Source: Babesia bigemina (taxonomy: Eukaryota). From it: a DNA stretch of 64,000 nucleotides. The position numbers were made by a program, and so were the translations under genes. Shown here in pieces: positions 23,201 through 32,879 of this stretch; position 1 is the first letter of the stretch, and each line of letters starts with the position of its first letter. The stretch lies in assembly GCF_000981445.1 (NCBI RefSeq), contig NC_027217.1:806001-870000 (forward strand). Direction: 5' to 3'. Below the pieces are notes generated by a model, which made no database searches, was not told where the DNA came from, and was given only the letters and a program-made list of their open reading frames with translations.

Positions 23201-23843
23201 GGGCCCGTGCAGATTACAGGAGCTTCGATCCAAGGTAATGGAACAGGAGAAACAGCAAGAAGACCATGCGTGGCGTACCAAGAGACGCGGTAAGAGCTAC
23301 GAGGTCAGGGCGCCCTCGCCTAGGCAGCAATCGCCCAAGTCATCCGCAGCGCCGAACGTCCTGTCCGCGACGTCAATACCACCTCCCATGACGGCAGATG
23401 AATTGAAACGGCGCACCAGGGGCATTGTGCGGGAGTTCGTGATGTCACACGATCCGAAGGAGGCATCGCTTTGCGTCAGTGAACTGAACCTGCAACCGAC
23501 GCGCGACTGGGAGCTATATGCCTACCTTTTCAGTGCCGCTCTGGAGGCATGCGCTAAGTTGACGGCCGATCAGGACAGGCGTATTGTTGCGAAGTGGATG
23601 ACGGATCTTGCTATCGGAAGGTCATCGCAAGACGCTCTTGTAAAGTGGTTGCACGGTTTCCTCAAGGACGAGCCGGCCGATCATGGATATTCCATGATGA
23701 TTGAGGACTACCCCGTTGTGCCCCTCATGCTGAAGGAGCTTCTGAATTGCATGAAGGAGAGCTACAGCAACGTCCGTGGATTCGCGGAGGTCGAGAAAAT
23801 CATCGAAGGCGAAATATACCCGGCCGTAGGGTTGATGGTGTAA
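20256..23843 (+). CDS. Translation initiation factor eIF4G-like (PAM2 x2, MIF4G, MA3)
   Basis: MIF4G core LMGLLNRLTVEKF..IFEKA..MYVELC..GNMIFVGELF and an MA3-like C-terminus (IVREFVMSHDPKEASLCVSEL). Single exon. Confidence 0.88.
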   Translation: MTSTDEQEKAKTAETRTSTFNPDAPVFKPSQPRPSGQLNANAPEFIPGQLGTYDGGIGYVSVPDVKHGKGYNKGGYHRPISYMHPADGQYPPAWSPPHQQYMPLWVPCPQDMYGGAPMYDYVPYRYGGGRGYEGPDGQPRPMRGPRHGTPTVQGHKREASVSHAMGMPPPPHGPPKRVDPVDRRKENKDQGKVSEGKVKAEPKAVTKEPAVRVPEVLVAPIATPPPDAKPKQFTWADRFRQSSVKEEAQDVPKVEESNLTTSIWKGRPTFADMMKKAAEAARKEEEVKIAVAKASEAAQKLEMESESQKSPEKSALGVSPDVASEPARASAALATDERTVDVAEDTLHKTAKAIVAENEVVEVHDETPNHRQPKSEQIPGKDQRIPVNHIDVLLTAERQKGAVEVKPEQHILTKQIPRAEESIPSKDLSEPLPSTPSPAVQPDMSSHSFESNRSEGVTPSNRGVPSSPSVHSHVLDASRFDKMNGVKATTPELSKDEVQSAEYDASLDHYQTLESSPPQSSNELPELSESETSEQWHESRETMRSKQLDDAASSPLVDSGDEVEEPIADASDVSAAVATPSDKLEPEPFAKVKQYSPPPSDLVFPIDTLVRCGFELMRVGLEFNSELVFSLNINRDTNAGTENRRTGGARYEEKNYAQKYKGDNWVMQRRHAKPEQRGFGGWNKSSMEFSRDQLESLSRPQASESSWIRKQAKLKMDKDHQLTRRLMGLLNRLTVEKFDTIYRQVLMSGVETVQQAFMLVKIIFEKAITQHHFIPMYVELCAKLSCDLDNFLAVDPQQGSQSQQDTQSTAAAGERKAAKRSEFMRILLNCCQDSFENNLKPLEFPPELEGDDKFEFELKYKHRMRGNMIFVGELFKQKLLAAKLLITCLDQVFAKRNECIASTGSIDTGDNHLEGMCTLLQTVGKSFDTDKWKYASELERRIQMLTDLGRNPQICFRIRCLIQNVLDSRHEKWVKSTPYKLEGPCRLQELRSKVMEQEKQQEDHAWRTKRRGKSYEVRAPSPRQQSPKSSAAPNVLSATSIPPPMTADELKRRTRGIVREFVMSHDPKEASLCVSELNLQPTRDWELYAYLFSAALEACAKLTADQDRRIVAKWMTDLAIGRSSQDALVKWLHGFLKDEPADHGYSMMIEDYPVVPLMLKELLNCMKESYSNVRGFAEVEKIIEGEIYPAVGLMV

Positions 23844-23894
23844 ATGCAACACTACCAATTGGTCCTTACAATTAGCCAACGCTAAAAATACCGA

Positions 23895-26800
23895 TTATTG
23901 GGTAATTATGTTCATGGTTTGATGGCCGCTGTCAAATCTACTGAGCGTGGCTGCGCACAGGTCCACGTTGGGGGCGGGCTGTAGCCTTATAGGCTCCGGA
24001 AGTTGCTTAACGAGTCTGTCCAATGGTGGCAACTTCAAGTCATCGCGAATTCCCCTGGTGATGTCGTCCAAACGCTGATTCTAATATTACTGCTTTGTGC
24101 TTCTTTACAAACCTTTATATATGTGGCGTTGGCGTTGTTCCAGCGTTCCTGGCATCTGCAGAGCACCAGGTGGAACTTCGTCTCAATGGTCTGCCTGACC
24201 TCGTCGAACTCGCGAGCCACGTACAGGCACGTCCGTTTCTTGCGCTTCAGCAGCAGCTGAGTGGCGCGTTTTAAATGCTTCACAATGCTCTCAGGGCGCC
24301 CGTCCTCGCCATGTGACGCTGCGGTTATGTCGCATGATGGCACTTTTTTGATACCTTGTTTGAGTGAGGCTTTAATTCCGCGTGTACCGTAGTGTCGGTC
24401 GGGGACAGGCGAAGCACATTTGTCCGGCACAGCAGCCTTACGTTTCACGCTTCTGGGTCCTTTTCGGTGCCGCTTCATGTGCCGTAGAATGCGTGCAGAT
24501 GCCATGTCGAAATGGGCCGATACATCTAGTTGTGGTTTCTCCACGGCGACCCGCTCCTCTGAGGCAGAGGGGGGTGCCCTCTCATCCTTTTGGGCTTCAT
24601 CATTGTTTCCCCCATCATCTTGCAATGCGTCACATTGTACGTCGTTTGATGTTTTAGGCACATTGTTGGCTTCGTTCACCGCGTATATTCCCATTTCTCC
24701 ATCTTGTATGGTCAGGTCTTCTTCCTGCGGCAGGGCAAGCATGGCCATGCTCACCTTCTTGTAGCCTGGCCTAGCAGCTGATGCTACGGCACCTTGCACA
24801 AGCTGTTTCGGCACTTCCTCCCCTGCGCAAGATGTCAACGGGTGTCAAAACTGTAACCTGATAAGGAGCTTCCCGTGGCGCAGGTCGTGGTGACCTAAGC
24901 ACTGTGAGACAACAGAGGAACCACAAACTCTATTTATAGACGGTGGCACTATATGTGCCTCTTCACCCCTCTCACTAGATGCTACACGGTTACGGACCGG
25001 AGGGTAGTGATGCATGTTGAGCAAGGTCTTGTAGGGCGTACCGGCTTGGCTGGGGGCGTAGCTGCTGTAGCCCACTCTTGGTGTCATGACTTGAAATGGC
25101 AACTATTTGGTGAAATGTTATGCTTTGACGTCGAAAATACCTCAATAATCGCATAGCTTTCTTTTGGCCCTCGGGAAATGAAATTGCATACAGATGTTCC
25201 GCCTGACGACATCCTCTCGACGCTCCTCGTGTCGCCACGTGGAGTGGCGAAACCAACGCCTTTGGCACAGTACCTCACCAAGGCATTATCGTATTCGGCG
25301 TTGCGGATGCAGGAGTTCTTCGGGCAGGTTATGCAAAAGCGGTATTGCTGAGCAATTTCGTGGCGAAATCCCAAACCAAGTATCGTAGGCAGGTGCTCTG
25401 ACCATGTGTTATTTGACAACTCTGCGACGAACTTTTGAGGTAGGCGAGATTCACATCGAAGTAGAATTTCAAACTGTGGGCGTTGTCATGCGTGTCGATA
25501 CAGCTGATCAGCGGCAGCTCTATCACTAGGTCCAGTGCCTGATGGATATGTGGGTTCAACAGCCAGGCTCGCTTATATTGCCATGAAACATGTATCATCC
25601 GTCAATGGAAGAGATCAGACCAACCTTTCGAATCATGAACGTTGCTGTGATGTGCGTGAATGAGACAATCCCGTCAGGTTCTTCCCATAAGGTCATTTCA
25701 CGATCAACCATCTGAAGCCGTTAAACTGATCATCTAAAGACTTTACTTTTAGGTCGGTAAACGTCACAAGTATGCTACACTCCCTCCATATCACGTTTCT
25801 ATCCAGCTCGATGCTCTCCAACTTTACGGGGGTGCTGCAGCCAAATCGTTGATAGGCGTAGTGTTTCGCAATAGCGATGATGACGAGGGTTCTCGTGTCG
25901 CGCATAGACCTCCGGAACGGCTCAATGTCGATGTAAAAGTTGATGCCCACTGTTGCAGCAAATATCTCCATCCACCAAAATAACACGCACCACTTAAAAG
26001 GTACTCGAGAAAGGTCCTCAAAAAATCCACCGCCTCGTAGAGGTTGCGCAGCTCGTATGTCGTATTGGCTCCCTTTTCGTCCACTGAGCTGTTTATAGAG
26101 TACGCGAGAATTCATCTCACCCGTGATGTGAAACTTAGCGATGGAGTTGCATATCTTTCGTATGATGCGCCTGTAGAGTTGGTCGATATTGCCCCGGGTC
26201 TGGTGTCTTAGCATGGCCGATGAGCACATGTTGAGCAGTCTGACGCAGGGCACACTCCTGTCCCAATCCTTGATTTTGCAAATGTTCTCCAATATGAGCT
26301 GGGAGTTGTGTTAACGGTGGAGAATGCAATGCCTACCACCATGTTGTTCACATACTCTCCATCCACCAGTGCTTCGTACAGCCCCGGTGACACGGCGAAG
26401 CATGAGTGCATCGCAGTAAGTATGCGGTCGGCTAGTAGGAACTTGTGCTGGCAGCAGGCATTGAGGACGCAGCACAGGAGAGGTTTGAAATTGAGAGGCG
26501 TCAGGAACGCCTGAGAGGATATGTCGAACTCCTGCCCATCGACGCGCAACGGCGTCCCCGAGAGACACTCCTGGATGCTGTCGGACGGTATGTAGCTGTA
26601 GTTCCGCAGCAGTATTGCGGAGAGCTTCGGGTCGCTCCGATGCAGCGTGGTGGCCATGCTTATTGTGGCTAGGTGGATTGTGACTGCCCGCAACACGGCA
26701 ATAGTTGCCGGTCTTCCACGTAGAAATTTCACACATCTCCCAGCAGAAGCTGAGCAGCTGCGTTTACAGTGTGTATACGTCGGAATGTGTTCACAGCAGT

Positions 26801-26989
26801 TCGTACATCTGCCATTAAGGTTTCGAGGAGGAAGGCCGGTGGATATGTATCCAAAATAACCGCAAAAAGTGCGCTATATCGAACGCACAGCCTGTCCACG
26901 GCCACTTTCTTCGCAGTTTTGCGTGTGACTTTCCGCGCGAGTTTTTCCTCGCAGCACCCACAGAATCCCCGTGGCTTGGCTGTCCCCAT
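23895..26989 (-). CDS. Multi-exon hypothetical protein (possibly two genes)
   Basis: A chain of minus-strand ORF fragments (26729-27004, 26208-26732, 25693-26292, 25329-25598, 24035-24838) separated by intron-sized gaps. The C-terminus is coiled-coil-like. Confidence 0.55.
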
Positions 26990-27122
26990 TATTGCCCCGT
27001 TCACTATATATACGCTATGGATACCCGCTAGGTATTTTAATGTTTAAATGTTTGAACCCTTCTGTAAACACGCGCCGCTATGTGCGCGTAAATTACGGAA
27101 TAGGTAGGCGCCTCCTTCGAGC

Positions 27123-28967
27123 ATGAAGCAGAGGGTCGCCAAGAAGGGAGGGCGAGGCAAGGCCTCGACTTCCACCAAAAAAAATGACTATCGCAACAAA
27201 AAAAGCCGCAACGTCAAGGCTCAGTCTCACCATGACGATGATGACCTGTCTGACGTCGAGGCGGAGTACCTCGAGGACATCCCCGAGGCTATCGCAAAGC
27301 AGATCCACCAGCTGGCCAATGAGAACGACCGCGAGTCTCGCAAGTGAGTTTTAGCTTTAGCGGGCGATGATGATTCAATGACAAGCATATATCCGATACG
27401 CTACTGGGGACATGGATCCCTGAGCCCAGCTTCCTCGCTAAACCAGCGAATAAATCTTCGCAGGGTGGCATTGGCCAACGACGCTGAATTCCTGGAGCAG
27501 GATGCGCTTATTTCCGACACACTAAAGGATATCTCCGGTTTCATGCCGGAGAAGGATGTGCCCAACAGCAGCGTCGAGATCGGGCAGCTCAGCAAGGTCC
27601 TGTTCAAGTCTGCCTCCCAAGAGGATGAGCAACTGAGCAAGATCAGAGAGCTGTACACGTCAATTGGCGTGTACCTCTCCAAATTCAAGAGTGGTAACTT
27701 GCCCAAGGCCTTCAAGGTGCTCCCCAATTTTGAGAACTGGGAAGAGCTCGTGGGTCTCACGTGCCCGGAGAACTGGACGCCCAACGCCATGTACCTGGTC
27801 ACACACATATTCGCCTCTAATATGACCGACTCCAAGGTACGAGCGGTATATCGATCTGCTTTGACGCTGCATTAGGTTGAGATATTCTACAACAAAATCC
27901 TGTTGCCCACGATACGGAAGGATATCCGCAACGGGAAAAAGTTGAATTACCATCTCTATATGGCTCTAAAAAAGGCCGTCTTCAAGCCGGTGGCGTGGTT
28001 CAAGGGTATAATTGTGCCCATGGTCGAGGAGGTAGGTGTCTTTGATCCTCGTGGACGCTCAAATGATGATTGATACAAGATCTCTGACCAATGATGTCGT
28101 GAGTATCGCCCCAGTCTGACGCCAGCGTGACCCATACGTCTCTGTTGAATTAACCGTTACGCAGGGTTGCAGTTACAAGGAGGCTGCCATCATCGGCAAC
28201 GTGCTGCGCCGAATATCGATCCCCGTGTTGCACGCATCCGCGTTCATTCTGCGCCTGTGCCAGTGCCAGAAGTGGTTCGGAAGCAGCAGTTTCATAATGT
28301 CAATTCTGCTGCAAAAGGGGTACAATCTGCCTAAGAAGGTAGGTGTGTGTTGCATGGCAAAATGATGAAACAACGACCTAAAGCCAGTTCTGCTTCTGAG
28401 AACATGATGTGAACGGTCGAGCCTTCTGACTACATATGCAAAGCCACTCTGAGCTACACGTGAGGTGTAGCTCCATTTTCACTTTGCTATATCGATATTT
28501 CCGACACCCTTACCGTCGGTTGCGTGAGGTGTAATCGTGTCGTGTTGGAATACACACCCTTTCTTGGGCTCGATCCCGTTGAGTGGTTTCATCTGTCTTC
28601 AGGTGGTCGAGGAATGCGTTCGCTACTTTTGCAAGTTCGAGGGGTTCGAGGACCAGCTGCCCGTCATCTGGCATCAGTCACTCTTGACGCTGGTGACGAG
28701 CTACAAGCGTAAGTCAGCTTTCATGCGCTCCGATGATGACAAAAAACTGTGGTACTGTCCTAGATGCTATCGTTGAGGACCAATGGTTATCCCTGTCTGA
28801 CGGATCGGTCGCTGCCGCTTTGCTAGGCGCTCATATCTTATGCAGACTACTTCAGCACCGAGGACTACGCGCGTATTCAGAAGCTAATACGAGTTCACGC
28901 TCACGCGCAAATCACGCCGGTGATCAGTCACCTGTTATCGTGCACTGTAAACGAAGTAGAAATGTAG
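27123..28967 (+). CDS. BYSL: Bystin / Enp1
   Basis: [51 protein letters not shown] and [10 protein letters not shown]. Five introns, four of them enlarged. Confidence 0.95.
27362..27427 (+). ncRNA. Box C/D snoRNA, U27/snR74-like (SSU rRNA 5' end)
   Basis: GGGC/GCCC terminal stem, C box ATGATGA (27367-27373) and D box CTGA (27420-27423). The guide GACAAGCATAT before a CCGA D' box is antisense to conserved 18S ATATGCTTGTC. Confidence 0.88.
28055..28128 (+). ncRNA. Box C/D snoRNA with LSU guide (possibly SNORD12/snR190-like)
   Basis: C ATGATGA (28063), D' CTGA (28084), C' ATGATG (28091), D CTGA (28116), and an ACGCT/AGCGT stem. The guide GTATCGCCCCAGT is antisense (with G:U) to LSU CTGGGGCGG. 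Confidence 0.82.
28351..28440 (+). ncRNA. Box C/D snoRNA, U38/snR61-like
   Basis: C ATGATGA (28362), D' CTGA (28396), C' ATGATG (28404) and D CTGA (28426). The guide GCCAGTTCTGCTT is antisense to LSU AAGCAGAACTGGC. Confidence 0.88.
28438..28557 (+). ncRNA. Two-hairpin H/ACA-like guide RNA (scaRNA-like loops)
   Basis: Hairpin 1 is GCAAAG/CTTTGC plus GAGCTACAC/GTGTAGCTC with an internal pocket. Hairpin 2 is TTCCGACAC/GTGTTGGAA with a pocket. ACA is at 28552-28554. The H box is imperfect. Confidence 0.65.
28729..28804 (+). ncRNA. Box C/D snoRNA, snR38/SNORD1-like
   Basis: TCCG/CGGA stem, C ATGATGA (28733) and D CTGA (28797). The guide GTTATCCCTGT is antisense to LSU ACAGGGATAAC. Confidence 0.9.
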
Positions 28968-29540
28968 ATTTTCCGTAGGCAAATGATGACACTAAAATGG
29001 GAATCTCTCCTATTGTAATGAGGATTACACGTGTCTGAGCCTCGCAAATGATTATCTGCCGTGATAATCTGTTATAAGTATACTATGTTTCCTAAGTGCG
29101 CTGTAGCTTCAAAACGTAATCGCGTGGTCGGTGTGCCGGAGCCATCGGCGGCTCGGAGAAACGTCCTGGGCGACGCAGCGCAACTTACGACAGAACCACG
29201 TCATAAGTGCTTGTGAAATAATGCAGGTGCGATTCGTTCAATTTGCGACGCTTCCTATTCCCGCTTATAACATCCGGCGATAAGTCGACTGCGGTCCCCA
29301 TATGTCGGTGGACGCGGAGGCTGGGTCGGAAGCGTCGTACGCAGCCACCTGATTTTACAACCAAGAATTTCAATATAATATAGGTAGGTCATACACGGTA
29401 CCATTCGTAGCTACGAGGTGTCGCTGAGCAGGGACCGCCGCAGTGTTGTGCGGCAGTCACCGCGGCATCTCGGCTTATGGGCCTTCTGGTTGCCCATCTG
29501 TGTAAATTCGTGACGCAATTCTAACGTGTGTGACAGGAAA

Positions 29541-29930
29541 ATGGCCGCGAAGAAGGAAATGAAGATCGACCCCGCCAGGTCTGGCATCGTCGGTAAGTGA
29601 CGGCCTCGTTAGTGCTCTTCATGTCGCGCAGCCGGTTTGAACAAGGGCCACATCAACACCGCCATTCCCTTGGTCAAGAGCGTGCGCGCTAGCCGCAGGA
29701 AGGGTTTGAAAACCAATCGTAACGCACTTGTGTCGGAGGTCATCCGCGAGGTCTGTGGTTTCGCCCCGTACGAGCGCCACATGATCGAGCTCATCAAGAC
29801 CGGCTCAGCTTCTGCGCAGAAGCGCGCCCTGAAGTTCGCCAAGAAGCGCCTGGGTACCCTGCGCCGCGCCAAGGCCAAGAACGACGAGATGATGCGCGTG
29901 GTCGAGTTGCAGCGCAAGCGCAGAAACTAA
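29541..29930 (+). CDS. RPL36: 60S ribosomal protein L36 (eL36)
   Basis: [44 protein letters not shown]. One coding intron, plus a likely 5'UTR intron at 29384-29536. Confidence 0.97.
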
Positions 29931-30064
29931 ACACACGGGCATAATTTCACTTGCTTTCACAAGGTTGCGTTGGTGTGTTACGTTGCTGAGGGTCTCGTGC
30001 CGGGGCGGTAGCCTCCGGTGGTCTTCGGTTAGCGCCCGAGCTACCGCAGGTATTCACAATAATA

Positions 30065-30662
30065 ATGGCGAAAGGGCTGCGCGCGAAAACGCTGCGCAGA
30101 TTTCGTACAGCTAAACGGCAAATTGTCGCCGGTATGTGGAAGCAGCCCGGGTTCCCAGTCATTGTTGCGCAGAGGCCGTGGAAGTGCCTCGCTTGAGGGA
30201 GGCCAACAAGAAGGTTCGGCTTTTGCAGAGAGGCATCGATGTGACCCCTAAGCTCAAGCCCAATAAATTCCTGGAGCCAGGTAGCGTCTAGCGTCAGAGC
30301 CTCTTTAAAAGTAGCAGATAATCCGGAGGCGGTGATTCCTCAGCGCGTCGTACAGCCGGCGATCGACCTCCGCTCCGAGGCTGTGCCGCTCTCGGGTAGG
30401 TTTTGAGGCGGTGTTACGTCAGCGCGCAGGTCTGGCCGGGATGTACAACCGGCGGAAGTTCACTCCCGAGGAGGTGAGGGAGAGCCACTTCCTGTCGGTG
30501 GTGCAGAAGCACCTCCTGCCCGAAAAGGGTGAAATCGCAATGGACATGGACGAAGTACCTCAAGCAGTGAGTAGCACGGCGCGAGAGGGTAACTACAGGC
30601 GTGGCAAAGCACACGCGCACGCCATGAAGAAGCTGAATGCGTTGAAAAAGCGCAAGCGCTAA
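30065..30662 (+). CDS. Small basic protein with LLPH/DUF2423-like N-terminus
   Basis: MAKGLRAKTLRRFRTAKRQIV resembles the MAKSLRS..RK.R..KR start of LLPH-like proteins. Three short introns and a Lys/Arg tail. Confidence 0.55.
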
Positions 30663-30730
30663 CATGCAATTAATGTTCTGTTTCGCTGCAAATGCGCCAA
30701 AGGTGCCCATCTCGCCAGAAAACAGCCCCT

Positions 30731-31848
30731 TCAGGTCGATGTTTTAGACTTCTCGCCGGCTATGCGCTTGTTTTCGGCCATGTTGTCGATGAGGTTGTGG
30801 AGCGCAAGCATGGCTCGGATGATGCTGCCCAGGTACATGGCGAGCGCCGTGTCGTTCATGTTTATTGTGAACGCCTCGACTATCTCGTCAGTGTCAGTCG
30901 ACGGGAAGAGGTTCAGTATGTTCTGCGCAACTGTGTCGCAACCTGGTCGGCGTCCTACCTGGAGCATGTAAATGATGGCGGGGTTGACGGTGTAGACCCC
31001 GCTGATGACACCTTTGATGTAGTCCGTGATTTCCGCCAAATTCGTCGTCATTGACTTCAGCGCCGATATTTTGCTCTCCACCTGGAGCGGGTCAGTCGGT
31101 GCGCGGGTGCTCTTACCTTTTTGGAAAGCGTCGAAGTGGTGACGTTGGTGAGGTCGCGCAAAAGGTGTTCCAACCCTACTTCCTCAGCCTCGAACGCACC
31201 TGTTTCCGCATTAACAGACAGCCTAAACGGCCACTAACCCATTTCCGACGGGACGTGGGCGAAGGTCCGCCTGAACCTCCTGTCGCTGGTCGGCTCCTCC
31301 ACCGATATGTACGCCTCTATCGGCAGCTCTTCTTTCTGAACCGAGATGAAGCCTGCGTATGCGCGTGGGACCGCCGTGTCCTACCTGGGTAATGTCGACA
31401 ATAACGTATATGGGATTTGGACAGTATTTGCGATAGAGCTCGTGGATTTCCAGGTCCGCTGGCTTGCACTTGGGCCCGGTGCTGTACCAACCGAGCACTT
31501 TTTCCTTCGTGTTTATCTGCAGTTAACCTTGAGGCGCTACGACCAGCGATTACACACCTTTTTAAACATGGTGAACATGTGCTCGTGGTAATTGTGGTCA
31601 AAAAACCAGACGAGCGGGTTCTTGGCATCTTCTTCGAACGGAACGGCGAACGAATTGGTGATGTGTATATCTCCATCGATGACTTCGCCGAGGATTGTTC
31701 CGACGACACGTCGCGAGGTGCCCTGGGCACACCTGTTGTAATGGTCGACCACCGAGAGCATCACGATCGGATGCAGGACCACCTTCCGGTGGCTGCCCAG
31801 AAAAGGAATCTTCTTCATGTGCTCCATTTGGCGCGACGTAAACTCCAT
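30731..31848 (-). CDS. RPN8: 26S proteasome regulatory subunit Rpn8 (PSMD7)
   Basis: [39 protein letters not shown], and GWYSTGPK. Confidence 0.96.
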
Positions 31849-31915
31849 CTGAGTGACCGGCAGACGGTGCGCGACCACCGCGTCGCCCCCGACTCCTCGT
31901 CGAGTCATTACAAAC

Positions 31916-32879
31916 ATGGGGAATGGCAAGCTCTACGAGATTCTAGGCGTCGAATCCAGCGCGAGTACGCGCGATATCGTCAAGGCGTACCGCATTGCGG
32001 CGCTCAAGACGCATCCAGACAAGCTAGCAGGGCTGTCTGAGGAGGAAAGGGTGTGTTACCGGATCAACGCCTCAACGTGCGCAGGAGAAGGCGTCAGCCA
32101 GCTTCGTCCAGCTGCAGCACGCCTATGAGATCCTGAAGGATGAGGAGAGACGCAAGCAGTACGACGATTTCGGTAGCGTCACGGAAGGTTTCAATCACAC
32201 CCCTCAGGTTGGGAAGGCGAAGAACAGGCAGCGTTCGCGGCTGCGTACGAGTACTACAAGGGGCCCATAAGCTCCGAAGACATCGACGACTTCTGCGCAA
32301 CGTACAAGCACAGCCAAGCTGAAGAGGAGGACTTGCTGGAGTATTACAAAAAGTGAGTCCTGCACGGGCCTACATGACTCACCGTTCACAGGCATGACGG
32401 GGACATCATAGACATACTGTCGTACATTCCGCTGAGTGAGGCGGGCGATCTGGACCGTTTTGTGAAGTTCTACCAGGACAAAATTGAGTCTAAGGTAGGT
32501 CGCCACCTGGTGTCGCTGCATGCGTTGCAGGACCTGGAGTCAACAAAGCGTTTCGCCAAAACCAGCTCAGCCAAATCCGTCAAAGAGATAAAGCAGAAAT
32601 ACAAGAAGAGCATGCAGCGCGAGTCAAAGCGCGCGAAGTCCAGGTAGGTGCAACGACACGGTACCGTCTTCACAGCGCACAGTGGGAGCTTCGAGGAATT
32701 GACCGCGCAGATATTGGTGAGTGCCGCAGCCAAGAAACCACACGAACCGCAGGCTAATCGCAAGAAACGGCAAAACGATTTTACGTCGCTCATTGGCGAC
32801 CTGGAGAAGAAATACGGAGCTAAGGTATAGTGTGCTGTGTTCAGCAGCCTACAACTGTGTGCAGAAACTTAAGAAGTAG
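31916..32879 (+). CDS. DnaJ-domain protein (DNAJC9-like)
   Basis: [24 protein letters not shown]-domain, [15 protein letters not shown] and [10 protein letters not shown]. Multi-exon, with a predicted last exon KLKK* at 32865-32879. Confidence 0.85.
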
